A DNA stretch of 64,000 bases from Nanobdellota archaeon (GCA_038046385.1 JBBSWH010000001.1:64001-128000); one strand, 5' to 3'. Shown: positions 35,997 to 46,499, counted from the first letter of the stretch. Notes: generated by a model not told the origin, from the letters alone. Numbers and translations are program-made.

Positions 35997-36704
35997 TTAC
36001 TCAACCTCGTGATATTTTTCCTTAAGCGCCTTTTTTTGCACTTCATAAATTTCCATGCAGGCCTTCTTTGCCATCTCAAGCGCTTCTGTCAATTGTTCTT
36101 TGCTTACTTCTCCGTCCATCTGCAGCAAGGTTATCTTGCCAGAGCCGGTCATCATTGCAACTGGTATGTCAGCCACTGGGCCATCTGGATAGCTTTCTTC
36201 AGAGTAATCAAGGTCAACAACCATTTTGTCATCGACTCTTCCTACAGATACTGCTGAAACAAGGTCTCTCATATCGAGGCCTGCATCGGCTAATGCCATT
36301 GATGCTGCGCAAATTCCTGCGCATCTTGAGCCTGCTTCTGTTTCCGGCAGTTCAATAAAAACATCAACCACGGAGTTTGGATAATCTTCTAAGTTAAGAA
36401 CCGGCAATAGTGCTTTTTCTGTAACTAATGAGATTTCTTTTGACCTTCTTGATCCTCCTGGCCTTACTCTCTCGCCTGAGCTTGAGAATGGCATCATGTT
36501 GTAATTGCATCTTAAGATTCCAGTCTGCGGATCCTGCATGAATTTTGGGTGCAGATTTCTTGGACCGTACACTGCTGCGTAAGCCATTGTGTTCCCTATC
36601 CTGAACATTGCAGAGCCGTCTGCTCTTTTGATGACTCCTACTTTTGCTTCAATAGGCCTTGTTTCGTCAAAGCCCCTGTTGTCTATTCTTTGTTTGTAAC
36701 TCAT
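35997..36704 (-). CDS. rrp41: Exosome complex exonuclease Rrp41
   Basis: ADGSA, AVYGPR, RRSKEIS, LLQMDG. Confidence 0.95.
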   Translation of the reverse strand: MSYKQRIDNRGFDETRPIEAKVGVIKRADGSAMFRIGNTMAYAAVYGPRNLHPKFMQDPQTGILRCNYNMMPFSSSGERVRPGGSRRSKEISLVTEKALLPVLNLEDYPNSVVDVFIELPETEAGSRCAGICAASMALADAGLDMRDLVSAVSVGRVDDKMVVDLDYSEESYPDGPVADIPVAMMTGSGKITLLQMDGEVSKEQLTEALEMAKKACMEIYEVQKKALKEKYHEVE

Positions 36705-36705
36705 T

Positions 36706-37398
36706 TTAATTCACCTGTTGACTAGTCTCAAGGAAAGCCTTTATTTTTTCAGTTAATCCACTGAGATGGCTTTCTTTCTCTATCTTTCTTATTGCGTTGA
36801 TTGCCCTCATCTCATTGACAGGGGATCCTTCAATCCACACAAGACCGTTCTGGCCGACTGTGATGTTGCACTGTGTTGCTTCTTTTATCATCATGACCAT
36901 TGAGCCCTGCTTGCCGATTATTCTCGGAACCTTGTGCGTGCTGACTTCAATTATCCTTCCGCCCTTCAATTTTCTCAATCCGGGGCCTTTCATTGTAACG
37001 TCTATAAGCTTCTGGCTTGTGACATTTGCAATCTTGCAGACAATATGCTCCCCAAGGTCGTAATACTGCGTAAGGTTTGCGCCTCTTGCAATAAAATCTG
37101 AAGTTGCGTCCTTCATTGACAGCATTGCAGAGTATGCGGAGTTTGTGTCTATTCTCCATCCATTGAATCCAACGTCAATCACTTTGCATATAATGGTGTC
37201 TCCTATCTTTGGCATGTACCTTCCTGACATCGGGATCAATTTTATTGTCCTTCCATCCAGCATAACAAGGCCTAACCTGCCTGCCATTATGCTATCTCCT
37301 TCCCTGTATGTTCCCATACCTGGGAGTATATCCATTCCTGTTCCAAGAATTTCTCCCGGAACTGCTATATCTTTTTCATTAACTGTTATTCCTGACAT
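36706..37398 (-). CDS. rrp4: Exosome complex RNA-binding protein Rrp4
   Basis: S1+KH, VPRIIGKQGSM, GQNGLVWI. Confidence 0.95.
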   Translation of the reverse strand: MSGITVNEKDIAVPGEILGTGMDILPGMGTYREGDSIMAGRLGLVMLDGRTIKLIPMSGRYMPKIGDTIICKVIDVGFNGWRIDTNSAYSAMLSMKDATSDFIARGANLTQYYDLGEHIVCKIANVTSQKLIDVTMKGPGLRKLKGGRIIEVSTHKVPRIIGKQGSMVMMIKEATQCNITVGQNGLVWIEGSPVNEMRAINAIRKIEKESHLSGLTEKIKAFLETSQQVN

Positions 37399-37431
37399 TT
37401 TTTGTCCTCCTATTTTATTTTTTAATTTTAT

Positions 37432-38133
37432 TTATTTCGTCTTCAAAACTTTGCTTTCAAGATTGCCGTGGCATATCTTGTTTAATTTGTCGTAAAAGTC
37501 ATTTTCAAGTCCGCCAGGGATTTCGACAACTGCAGTCCAGTTTCCGTTATCCTGCCACGCTTCCCTTAAGATTGTGGCAAACTGCTTTATTGTGGCATAG
37601 CATTTTGGCGCGTATTCCGGCGTTATTTTGATTGCAATCTCTTTTATTTCAAACTTTATCGGAAGAACAACTCTTAATTTCTTCAAAGCTTCCTGCACTT
37701 GCTCCTGAACTGGCTTGAATTCATCAACATGTATCTTTGCTTCTTCAAAAGCGTTTTCTATTCTTTGCGCAGGATGCGGCAAATGGGTTTTTGGATCAAC
37801 ACCGTTTGTGTGGATTATGGTTATCATCTGCTTTCTTTTTTCTTTTCTTAATCCATCACGATATTCTTGCGTTAACTGTATTTCTCCGTTTTGTATGATG
37901 ATCTTTGCAACTTCCTCTGCGTCGCTTGTACCAAAAAGCTGCTTCATAGCAGTCTCAGAAGCTTCCAACCCTTTTCTTGCGTCAGAAAATATCCTTGAGG
38001 CAGCAAGCACATCGTGAACACTGATGCTTTTGCCTTCCCTTAATGCAAGAGCGCCCTGGCAGTCTACAAGTATTTCAAACTCGTGCCCATCTTTCTTTAA
38101 TTTTGCTATGACTGCATGATCAACTGAAACCAT
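37432..38133 (-). CDS. sbdS: Ribosome maturation factor SBDS
   Basis: FEILVD, GEIQLT, DPKTHLPHP. Confidence 0.95.
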   Translation of the reverse strand: MVSVDHAVIAKLKKDGHEFEILVDCQGALALREGKSISVHDVLAASRIFSDARKGLEASETAMKQLFGTSDAEEVAKIIIQNGEIQLTQEYRDGLRKEKRKQMITIIHTNGVDPKTHLPHPAQRIENAFEEAKIHVDEFKPVQEQVQEALKKLRVVLPIKFEIKEIAIKITPEYAPKCYATIKQFATILREAWQDNGNWTAVVEIPGGLENDFYDKLNKICHGNLESKVLKTK

Positions 38134-38137
38134 AAAC

Positions 38138-38890
38138 TCACTTCTTCACCAATTTTTTATCATCTTTCAATTCAGATGAAATCTTTTCAAGCTTCTGTTT
38201 TGGAACTCTTTTGAATTTCTTTTCTGCTATTGTAATATAGGCTGCATCAACCCTTTCAACATTGTAGTTTTCACCCAAAACCCTTTTCAGGGCTTTTAAG
38301 CAAAGCTTCAATCCGTTTTCAATTGTGATGTCTTGCTTGTATTCGCTGTGTAAAATTTCCTCAACTTCAATCTCCCCTTCTCCGATTGCAGTTGCCCTGT
38401 ACTGGAAATAAATTCCGATAGGGTCTGTCTCGAACAATTTTGGAGTGTTGTCGTCAATCCCAGCTATCAACACAGAAACTCCGAATGGCCTTAACCCGCC
38501 GCTTTGTGTGCATACCTGCTTTAAATCGCAAATATCCTTTACAATTGACGATGTGTCAATTTCTGAATCATAAGTTACCCTGTTCTGTTGTGCTTTTAAC
38601 TGGGCTCTGTCAATAAGGACGCGTGCATCGCTTAAAATACCTGATGCTGAAGCTCCAATATGATCGTCAATTTGCCATATCTTTTCTACGCTTTCAGGAA
38701 CAACTAGGGTGTCAACTACTCTTTTGTCTGCAACCAGCAAGACTCCATCAGAGCATACAACTCCTATTGCAGTTGATCCCTGTCTCACTGTTTTTTTAGC
38801 GTATTCTACCTGTAGTAATCTTCCGTCTGGGCTGAACATGGTTATTGCCCTGTCATATCCCATCAACTGGTGTGGCATTGGTTGCTGCAT
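38138..38890 (-). CDS. psmA: Proteasome subunit alpha
   Basis: GYDRAITMFSPDGRLLQVEYA, RPFGVS. Confidence 0.97.
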   Translation of the reverse strand: MQQPMPHQLMGYDRAITMFSPDGRLLQVEYAKKTVRQGSTAIGVVCSDGVLLVADKRVVDTLVVPESVEKIWQIDDHIGASASGILSDARVLIDRAQLKAQQNRVTYDSEIDTSSIVKDICDLKQVCTQSGGLRPFGVSVLIAGIDDNTPKLFETDPIGIYFQYRATAIGEGEIEVEEILHSEYKQDITIENGLKLCLKALKRVLGENYNVERVDAAYITIAEKKFKRVPKQKLEKISSELKDDKKLVKK

Positions 38891-38893
38891 TTT

Positions 38894-39268
38894 TTATTCA
38901 TCCTCCGATTTTTTTAGATAGTTATTTTCTGCTTTTCTTAATATTCCTGAAACGCCAAGGCTTCTTATTATTACTTCCTTGTCGCCTATTCTGTCTGCAA
39001 ACACGAATGATGCCTTGACAGCATCAACTTGTTTGTGATTGACTTTTAAGATGCCTCTTTGTTTTTCAGCATCCCACTTATTTGCCAATGGCATTATGCC
39101 GGCGTCTGCCATGCTGAACATGCCGAGGCAATTGTGCGCTGCCCTCATTATTTCTTTTGAGACAGGCTCAAAGTCTGCTATTTTGCCTTTTGAGATGACT
39201 TCGAAAGCGATGTAACGCTTCTTTTTCCTTAAACTTGGCAAAATAGGCTTTATCTTCGTTTTTACCAT
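38894..39268 (-). CDS. rnp2: RNase P subunit Pop5/Rpp14
   Basis: KKRYIAFEV, GVSGILRKA; superoperon context. Confidence 0.88.
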   Translation of the reverse strand: MVKTKIKPILPSLRKKKRYIAFEVISKGKIADFEPVSKEIMRAAHNCLGMFSMADAGIMPLANKWDAEKQRGILKVNHKQVDAVKASFVFADRIGDKEVIIRSLGVSGILRKAENNYLKKSEDE

Positions 39269-39421
39269 CCCAAATACGAGAAGAAATCATTATTGATTAA
39301 CTCCGTTCTCTTCTCCCTGTTAATGTTAGAAATAGGCTAATACTATATAAAGTTTTGCTAAATTAAATTGATATTACTAACAATACGTTTATAAACGGAG
39401 TGCACTTCTTAATAATCTAAG

Positions 39422-39781
39422 ATGGCAGATTTCAGAAAGAACCAGGGAAGAACATTTGGCAGAGATTCTAGAGGGCCTAACAGAAGAGATTCTGGAAGAT
39501 CCGGCGGAAGAGACTTTGACAGGCCAAGAAGAGATGGTGGATTGGAGATGCACGAAGCAACATGCTACAAATGCGGACGCCAGTGCGAGGTTCCGTTCAA
39601 GCCAATGGGCAGCAAGCCAGTTTACTGCAGCGGCTGCTTCAAGAAAGAAGGGGATTCAGGCGACTCATTTTCAGCTCCAAGAGAATCATTTTCAGCTCCA
39701 AAAGGGAAAGATTATTCAGCAGATTTGGAACAGATAAACAAAAAGCTTGACAAGATAATGAAGGCTTTAGAACTTGATTAA
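39422..39781 (+). CDS. CxxC-x17-CxxC domain protein with RG-rich N-terminus
   Basis: ATCYKCG..CEVPFKP..KPVYCSGCF. Confidence 0.88.
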   Translation: MADFRKNQGRTFGRDSRGPNRRDSGRSGGRDFDRPRRDGGLEMHEATCYKCGRQCEVPFKPMGSKPVYCSGCFKKEGDSGDSFSAPRESFSAPKGKDYSADLEQINKKLDKIMKALELD

Positions 39782-39783
39782 AA

Positions 39784-41127
39784 TTATTTTCTTATAAGGA
39801 TAAGCAGTTCTTTTTTCTTTTCTTCCATCATTTTTTCTGTATTAGCTTCAAGGTTTAATCTCAATAAATGCTCTGTGTTAGAAGGTCTTATGTTAAACCA
39901 CCAAACACCAAACTCAACAGTTACCCCATCAAGCCTTGACGTTCTTTTTGGGTTTTGTTTTTTGTAAATATTTTCAATTTCGTCCATTTTTGCATTTTTA
40001 TCTTGGACTTCAACATTGGTTTCTTCAATTTTATGGTAAACTTTGAATTCTTCAAGCAATTCTGACAGCGTCTTTTTTTCTTTTGAAACAATTTCTGCAA
40101 CAATCAGGCTTGTTATTATGCCGGAATCCGCTCTGTAATTGTCCCTGTAATAATAATGCGCAGAATGCTCGCATGCAAACAATGCTTTTGTTTTTCGCAT
40201 TGTGTCTTTTATGAAAGAATGCCCGACTCTTTCAAGAATTGGAACTCCGCCGTATTTTTTTATTGTTTCCGGCACGATTTTGCTGCAAACAAGGTTATAG
40301 ATTATTTTCTGCTTTGGCGTTTTTTTCAGAAGATTTTTTATTATCAATGCCGAAATCAACGAGCTGTTTATAACATCTCCTTTTCCATCCACAAAGAAAA
40401 TCCTGTCTGCATCTCCGTCAAATGCAATTCCGAAATCACATTTGTTTTTTTTAATTGTTTCCTGCAGCTGGACAAGATTTTCGTACTTTGAAGGGTCTGC
40501 AGGATGATTTGGAAAATTACCGTCGAGATTAAAATATAGCGGAACAATTTTTATATTGAGGTTTTTGTAAACCATTGGCACAATCTTTCCAGCCATTCCA
40601 TTGCCAGCATCAGCGGCAATTTTTAATTTTGAAAGTTTTTTTACATCGATGAAGCTTTTTACGTGATTTACATATTTTTTCAGAATTTCTTTTTTGATTA
40701 TCTTTCCTTTATTTCTTATTTTTACATTATAATCATCATTTTCAATTATTGATTTTATTGCCATTAATCCAGTGTCCTCGTTCATTGGAACTGCATTTTC
40801 CCTGCAGAATTTTATCCCATTGTATTTTTTTGGATTGTGCGATGCTGTGAACATTACTCCTGGCAAGTTCAAGTATCCTGATGCAAAATAAACTGCATCT
40901 GTGCATACCTGTCCGATGAACACAACATCGCAGCCCATGTCATTTGCGCCATGCATGAATGCTTTTGACAATGATGGAGAAGAGATGCGCATATCTGTTC
41001 CGACAACAATCTTTTTTGCCTTTAGAAAATGAACGAATGCTTTTCCTATTTTGTATGCTACTTCTTCTGTGATTGTTTCGCCGTAAACACCGCGAACGTC
41101 GTAGGCTTTGAAGATTTCTGATAGCAT
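39784..41127 (-). CDS. Phosphomannomutase/phosphoglucomutase
   Basis: FKAYDVRG, TASHNP, FDGDADR, CEHSAH. Confidence 0.93.
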   Translation of the reverse strand: MLSEIFKAYDVRGVYGETITEEVAYKIGKAFVHFLKAKKIVVGTDMRISSPSLSKAFMHGANDMGCDVVFIGQVCTDAVYFASGYLNLPGVMFTASHNPKKYNGIKFCRENAVPMNEDTGLMAIKSIIENDDYNVKIRNKGKIIKKEILKKYVNHVKSFIDVKKLSKLKIAADAGNGMAGKIVPMVYKNLNIKIVPLYFNLDGNFPNHPADPSKYENLVQLQETIKKNKCDFGIAFDGDADRIFFVDGKGDVINSSLISALIIKNLLKKTPKQKIIYNLVCSKIVPETIKKYGGVPILERVGHSFIKDTMRKTKALFACEHSAHYYYRDNYRADSGIITSLIVAEIVSKEKKTLSELLEEFKVYHKIEETNVEVQDKNAKMDEIENIYKKQNPKRTSRLDGVTVEFGVWWFNIRPSNTEHLLRLNLEANTEKMMEEKKKELLILIRK

Positions 41128-41176
41128 TTTAGAAACAGGAAATTTTATTTATTTAAATCTTTGCTTAAATTGACTT

Positions 41177-42043
41177 TCATTCCAGCTCTTCGTCGTCTTC
41201 TTCGACTTGGGTAACGCCTTTCCAGTTCTTTTCTGCGATTTTGTACCTTTCTATGTTGCCGATGTCAAACCACTGGCCTGCAAACGGAAATCCTCGTAAT
41301 CTTCCCGCTTTTGCAAGCTTCGGAAAAACATCTTTTTCAAGCATCGAGAAACCATTTGGGATCATGTCAATCGCTTCTGGCTCCATTATGTAAAATCCTG
41401 CATTGATTAAATTTGAAGGAGCGTCTTCTTTCTTCGGCTTCTCGATAAATTCGACAATTCTTGAACCATCTAATCTTGCAACACCGTAATGGGAAGGATC
41501 GTCAACTGTTGTCAAGGCAAGCGTTGCCAGTGCATTCTTTCTTTTATGCAGCCTGAACATTCTTGGTATATTAATGCTTTTTAATTCATCCCCATTTGAA
41601 ACAATGAAGCTGTCTTTTATGTATTTTTTAGCAAGTTTAAGAGGGCCTGCTGTGCCAAGCGCTTCATCTTCCTCAACATAAGTTATATTCACTCCAAATT
41701 TGCTTCCGTCTCCAAAATATTCCTTTATGTTGTTTTTTAAATAGCCGACGCACAAAATAACATCCCTTATTCCGTATTTTTTTATCAGGTCAAACAAATG
41801 CTCAATTATTGGCTTTCCGTTGACGTCAAGCAAAGCTTTTGGAGTCTTGTCTGTCAATGGGCGAAGCCGTGTTCCTCTTCCTCCAACAAGAAAAACAGCC
41901 TGTTTTGGAATGTTTGCGCCAAGCGCATCTGAAAGAAGAAACTCAATTTCCTGCGATCTGTTTTTTATGCCCATGCCGTCTACTCTTTTATCTATCTGCT
42001 TTATCAGTTCCTTGTCGAGAGTTATGGTTATGCGCTCTTTCAA
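41177..42043 (-). CDS. Sugar-phosphate nucleotidyltransferase with N-terminal ribbon-helix-helix domain
   Basis: KERITITLD..NRSQ.IE; GGRGTRLRPLT..PK; EKP; WFDIG. Confidence 0.88.
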   Translation of the reverse strand: MKERITITLDKELIKQIDKRVDGMGIKNRSQEIEFLLSDALGANIPKQAVFLVGGRGTRLRPLTDKTPKALLDVNGKPIIEHLFDLIKKYGIRDVILCVGYLKNNIKEYFGDGSKFGVNITYVEEDEALGTAGPLKLAKKYIKDSFIVSNGDELKSINIPRMFRLHKRKNALATLALTTVDDPSHYGVARLDGSRIVEFIEKPKKEDAPSNLINAGFYIMEPEAIDMIPNGFSMLEKDVFPKLAKAGRLRGFPFAGQWFDIGNIERYKIAEKNWKGVTQVEEDDEELE

Positions 42044-42096
42044 AAAAATACCCCAGTTTAGAAGTTTAAAGCGTATTTATAAATATTTCGTTTTTT

Positions 42097-42116
42097 GTAT
42101 GATAAAGTATGATAAA
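42097..42116. promoter_or_regulatory. Tandem GTATGATAAA x2 between divergent TATA-like boxes, candidate RHH operator
   Basis: Exact 10-bp tandem repeat. Confidence 0.45.
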
Positions 42117-42162
42117 TCGAAAGCTTTATATATTATATATAAATTCGCTAATATGTGGGGTC

Positions 42163-43119
42163 ATGGACAGAAATCTAGCTTTGGAATTTGTAAGGGCCAC
42201 TGAAGCTGCAGCAATAAACTCAGCTTATTGGGTCGGAAAAGGCAATGAGAAGTCTGCAGACCACGCTGCTGTTGAGGCAATGAGAAAAGCTTTTTCTGCC
42301 ATAGATTTTGACGGAACAATTGTAATTGGAGAAGGAGAAAGAGATGAAGCTCCGATGCTATTTATAGGCGAGAAAGTCGGTTCAGGAAAGGGGATGAAGT
42401 TGGATATTGCAGTTGATCCGCTTGAAGGAACAACAATCACTGCAAGAGGTGATCCAAATGCCATGTCTGTAATGGCAGCAGCTCCTCATGGGCATTTGCT
42501 TAACGCACCTGACACTTACATGGACAAAATTGCCGTGGGTCCAAAATGCGTTGGTATAATAGATCTTGATGCTTCTGTTGAAGAAAATTTACATGCTGTT
42601 TCAAAAAAGCTTGGAAAGCCGCTTGATGAAGTCACAGTCATGCTGATGGACAGGGACAGGCACAAAGAACTGATTGAAAAAGTAAGAAAAGTCGGCTGCA
42701 GGATAAGGCCGATAATAGACGGAGATATTGCAGGAGCGCTTGAGCCTTCAATAGACGTCTCCGGAGTGGATATCTTAATCGGAATCGGCGGAGCTCCTGA
42801 AGGAGTTGTAGCTGCTGCTGCATTAAAATGCCTTGGCGGCGAGATACAGGGAAGATTAAAGTTCAGAAATGATGAAGAAAGAAAAAGGGCAATCAAGATG
42901 GGAATGAAAAATCCAGACCAGAAGCTTATGATGCATGACCTTGTCAAAAGCGATTCTGTAATGTTTGCCGCAACCGGTGTAACTGACGGCACAATTCTGA
43001 AAGGAGTTGAATTCACAAGCACCGGCGCAAAGACGCATTCGATTGTTATGAGGGCAAAGACAAAAACAATCAGATTTATCGAAGCAACACACCATTTTGA
43101 CCATTTTCCTGAATATTAG
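42163..43119 (+). CDS. glpX: Class II fructose-1,6-bisphosphatase
   Basis: VIGEGERDEAPML, DPLEGT, GGAPEGV, ATGVTDG. Confidence 0.96.
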   Translation: MDRNLALEFVRATEAAAINSAYWVGKGNEKSADHAAVEAMRKAFSAIDFDGTIVIGEGERDEAPMLFIGEKVGSGKGMKLDIAVDPLEGTTITARGDPNAMSVMAAAPHGHLLNAPDTYMDKIAVGPKCVGIIDLDASVEENLHAVSKKLGKPLDEVTVMLMDRDRHKELIEKVRKVGCRIRPIIDGDIAGALEPSIDVSGVDILIGIGGAPEGVVAAAALKCLGGEIQGRLKFRNDEERKRAIKMGMKNPDQKLMMHDLVKSDSVMFAATGVTDGTILKGVEFTSTGAKTHSIVMRAKTKTIRFIEATHHFDHFPEY

Positions 43120-43166
43120 TTTTAATTTAATAAAGCAATTAAAATAAAATCAGCGGGGTGTATCTT

Positions 43167-44207
43167 ATGTCTACAGATGAATTAAAGAAGACAATCAAAG
43201 ACATGGTTGTCGCCGGAAAAGGAGTTCTTGCAGCAGACGAAAGCACAGGCACTGCCGGAAAGAGGCTTGCAAGCATTAATACTGAAAACACAGAAGAGAC
43301 AAGAAGGCAGTACAGAAATCTTATATTAACAGCCCCTGGAATCGAGAAATTCATCTGCGGGGTCATACTTTATGAAGAAACTTTAAGCCAGAAAACAGAC
43401 AGTGGCGTTTTGTTCCCGACACACCTTAAAAATATTGGAGTTGTTCCAGGAATCAAAGTTGACGAAGGGCTTGCAGAATTTGAAGGGTCCATTGAGCAGT
43501 ACACAAAAGGGCTTGAAGGCCTGGGAGAAAGGCTTGAAAGATACAAAAAATTCGGCTGCAGGTTTGCAAAATGGCGCGCAGTGTACCACATAACAAACGG
43601 CACTCCGACAGACATGGCGATAAAAAGAAATGCGCATGACCTTGCAAAATACGCAAAAATATGCCAGGACCATGGATTTGTGCCGATAGTGGAGCCGGAA
43701 GTTTTGATTAACGGAACTTATTCAATCGAAACATCATATGAAGTCAATGACAAAGTTCTGAAGGAAGTTTTTGCAGCATTGAAAGAAGAAGGAGTTTTGC
43801 TTCAGTATACAATACTCAAGCCGAGCATGGCAATATCCGGAAAAGAAGCAACTAACAGGGCAAATGTTGACGAGGTTGCAAAAAAAACTGTGATGGTTTT
43901 GAAGGCAAATGCTCCTTCTGATTTGGCAAGCATCAATTTTCTTTCAGGAGGGCAGGCAAATCAGGAATCAACTCAGCATCTTAACAGGATGCACACACTT
44001 GGAGAAAAACTTCCATGGTACGTTAGCTTTTCTTATGCAAGAGCACTGCAGGAGCCTGCTTTGAAGGCATGGCAGGGCAAGAAAGAAAACCTAAATGCAG
44101 GCCAGCAGGCATTTTTGAAACGTGCAAAGTTAAACAGTTTGGCTACAATGGGGAAATACAAAGAGGACATGGAAAAAATGGAACTTTCTGTGCTGATGAA
44201 GCACTAA
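43167..44207 (+). CDS. fba: Class I fructose-bisphosphate aldolase (eukaryote-like type)
   Basis: GVLAADES, GIKVD, FAKWR, VPIVEPEV, LKPSM, FLSGGQ, SFSYARALQ. Confidence 0.95.
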   Translation: MSTDELKKTIKDMVVAGKGVLAADESTGTAGKRLASINTENTEETRRQYRNLILTAPGIEKFICGVILYEETLSQKTDSGVLFPTHLKNIGVVPGIKVDEGLAEFEGSIEQYTKGLEGLGERLERYKKFGCRFAKWRAVYHITNGTPTDMAIKRNAHDLAKYAKICQDHGFVPIVEPEVLINGTYSIETSYEVNDKVLKEVFAALKEEGVLLQYTILKPSMAISGKEATNRANVDEVAKKTVMVLKANAPSDLASINFLSGGQANQESTQHLNRMHTLGEKLPWYVSFSYARALQEPALKAWQGKKENLNAGQQAFLKRAKLNSLATMGKYKEDMEKMELSVLMKH

Positions 44208-44208
44208 A

Positions 44209-45228
44209 ATGACTAGAGTCGGCATTGTAGGATACGGAACAATCGGAAAGAGAGTTGCAGATGCTGTTGCAATGCAAAAAGACATGAAGCTAATTGGAGT
44301 TTCAGCGAATTCATACAGCTTTAACATGGAAGTTGCCAGGAAAAAAGGCTACAAACTTTTTTCAATGACACCAGAAGCTGAAAAAGAGCTTAATGAAAAT
44401 GGGATGAAAGCAGATGGAAACTTCAAGAGCTTATTGGAGAATGTGGATGTTATAGTTGACTGCACCCCCAAGAAAATAGGAAAAGAAAATCTTGAAAAAT
44501 TCTACAGGCCGATGAAGATAAAGGCGCTTGTGCAGGGCGGGGAAAAGCACGAAACTACAGGAGTATCATTTGTCGCGCAGTGCAACTACAATTCAGCATT
44601 AAACAAGAATTTTGCAAGAATTGTTTCATGCAACACAACAGGCTTGTGCAGAACGCTTGATGCCGTCAATAAAAAGTACGGGATAAAGAGCGTTCATGCA
44701 ACAATGATAAGAAGGGGCGCTGATCCGGGAGATATCCATCACGGGCCAATTAATGCAATTGTGCCTGTTCTCGAGATGCCAAGCCATCACGGCCCGGATG
44801 TTCAGACAATTCTTCCCAATGTTGAGATATTCACAACAGCATTAAGCGTTCCATCAACTCTTATGCATCTTCACACATTAACTGTTGACGTCAACAAAAA
44901 GCCAAAATTAGACGAAGCAATTGAGCTTTTCAACAGCACAACGAGAGTAAGAGTTGTAAGGAATGCAGAGCACTTAAGATCAACAGCAGAGATAATGGAG
45001 TTTGCAAGAGACCTTGGCAGATTAAGGGGAGACATGCCTGAAATCTGCGTGTGGAAGGAAGCAGTCGGAGTGACATCAAACTCGCACAACAAGCTGCTTT
45101 ACATGCAGGCTGTCCATCAGGAATCTGACGTTGTTCCTGAAAATATTGATTGTATTCGTGCATTGATGGGATTTAAGGACGGAGAAAAATCAATCAAGAT
45201 GACGAATGAGACATTTGGGATAAAGTGA
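44209..45228 (+). CDS. gap: Type II (archaeal) glyceraldehyde-3-phosphate dehydrogenase
   Basis: GYGTIGKRVADAV, VSCNTTGL, SHHGPDV, VHQES.VVPEN.D. Confidence 0.96.
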   Translation: MTRVGIVGYGTIGKRVADAVAMQKDMKLIGVSANSYSFNMEVARKKGYKLFSMTPEAEKELNENGMKADGNFKSLLENVDVIVDCTPKKIGKENLEKFYRPMKIKALVQGGEKHETTGVSFVAQCNYNSALNKNFARIVSCNTTGLCRTLDAVNKKYGIKSVHATMIRRGADPGDIHHGPINAIVPVLEMPSHHGPDVQTILPNVEIFTTALSVPSTLMHLHTLTVDVNKKPKLDEAIELFNSTTRVRVVRNAEHLRSTAEIMEFARDLGRLRGDMPEICVWKEAVGVTSNSHNKLLYMQAVHQESDVVPENIDCIRALMGFKDGEKSIKMTNETFGIK

Positions 45229-45376
45229 TTTTATTTTTTACAATAAATAGTGCGAGCAATGGGGCGAGCCTAAATATTGTTGCGAAGCAACGGAAATAAA
45301 ATTAATAAAAACTCAATTTAAAATAAAATCATTAAACTAAAATAAATAAAAAATAAAACTAAAAAGGTGATTCATA

Positions 45377-46492
45377 ATGAGAATAGGCGTTCCAAAAGAA
45401 ATTAAAGACAGAGAAAACAGAGTTGCATTGACCCCAGACGGAGCAAAACAACTTTTTGATAATGGCCATAAAGTTTTTGTCGAGAGAAACGCAGGCCTTG
45501 GAAGCGGATTCAAGGATGAGGAATATGTAAAATCAGGGGCAAAGATAGTTGACACTTCAGAGGCATGGGGCTGCGATACTGTTGTCAAAGTAAAAGAGCC
45601 TCTTGAAGCCGAATACAAATTCATGAAGGAAGGGCAGATAATCTATACTTATCTGCATCTTGCCGGTGTTACTCCGACGCTGACAGAAGCACTGCTAAAA
45701 AGCAAGGCAACGGGAATTGCATATGAGACTGTTGAAGATGCCTACAAAAGGCTGCCTTTGCTTGCTCCGATGAGCGCAGTTGCGGGAAACATGGCGACAC
45801 AGGTTGGAGCTTATTATCTTGCAAAATTCAACAACGGAAGAGGAATGATGCTCGGAGAGGTTCTTGGAAACTTTTACGGAAAAGTTGTAATTATCGGAGA
45901 CGGAGTTGTCGGAAGGCACGCAGCAAAGACAGCTTATGGAATGGGCTCAAATGTCTATCTTTTCGGAAGGCATGAGGAAAGGATGGACTTATTGAGGGAT
46001 GCAATCGGAAGAAGGTCGCATATAATGCTTTCAACAGAAGAGAATATTGCAGAACACATCAAGGATGCTGATTTGGTTGTCGGCGCAGTTCTTGTCACAG
46101 GCGCAAAAGCGCCTTATGTTGTCACAGAAGAAATGATAAAAACAATGCAGCCGGGAAGCGTTATTGTTGACGTCAGCATAGATCAGGGCGGATGCATCGA
46201 GACTTCAAGGCCGACAAAGCACTCTGACCCTGTTTATGAGAAGCACGGCGTAATACATTATTGCGTGACCAACATGCCTGGAGCTTACCCAAGGACATCG
46301 ACATTTGCATTGACAAACGCAACACTTCCTTATTTGGTAAAACTAGCGAATAAAGGATTTAATCAGATTGTGAAGGATGATGCCGGCTTTGCAAAAGGCG
46401 TTAACACTTACAAGGGCTACTTAACCTACAAGCCGGTTGCAGAAGCTCTTGGTGTTGAAAGCAGTTTCAAGGATTTGAAAGAGATGGTTTAG
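45377..46492 (+). CDS. ald: Alanine dehydrogenase (bacterial type)
   Basis: GVPKEIK..ENRV, LPLLAPMS, DQGGC, HYCVTNMPGA. Confidence 0.95.
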   Translation: MRIGVPKEIKDRENRVALTPDGAKQLFDNGHKVFVERNAGLGSGFKDEEYVKSGAKIVDTSEAWGCDTVVKVKEPLEAEYKFMKEGQIIYTYLHLAGVTPTLTEALLKSKATGIAYETVEDAYKRLPLLAPMSAVAGNMATQVGAYYLAKFNNGRGMMLGEVLGNFYGKVVIIGDGVVGRHAAKTAYGMGSNVYLFGRHEERMDLLRDAIGRRSHIMLSTEENIAEHIKDADLVVGAVLVTGAKAPYVVTEEMIKTMQPGSVIVDVSIDQGGCIETSRPTKHSDPVYEKHGVIHYCVTNMPGAYPRTSTFALTNATLPYLVKLANKGFNQIVKDDAGFAKGVNTYKGYLTYKPVAEALGVESSFKDLKEMV

Positions 46493-46499
46493 ATTTTAT

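Noticed and set aside
39665-39701. 21-bp-period tandem repeat (SFSAP x2)
   Set aside because: Ordinary in-frame duplication in a disordered linker
45250-45295. GC-rich intergenic snippet with GTTGC-GAA-GCAAC hairpin
   Set aside because: Too short to assign to the repeat families
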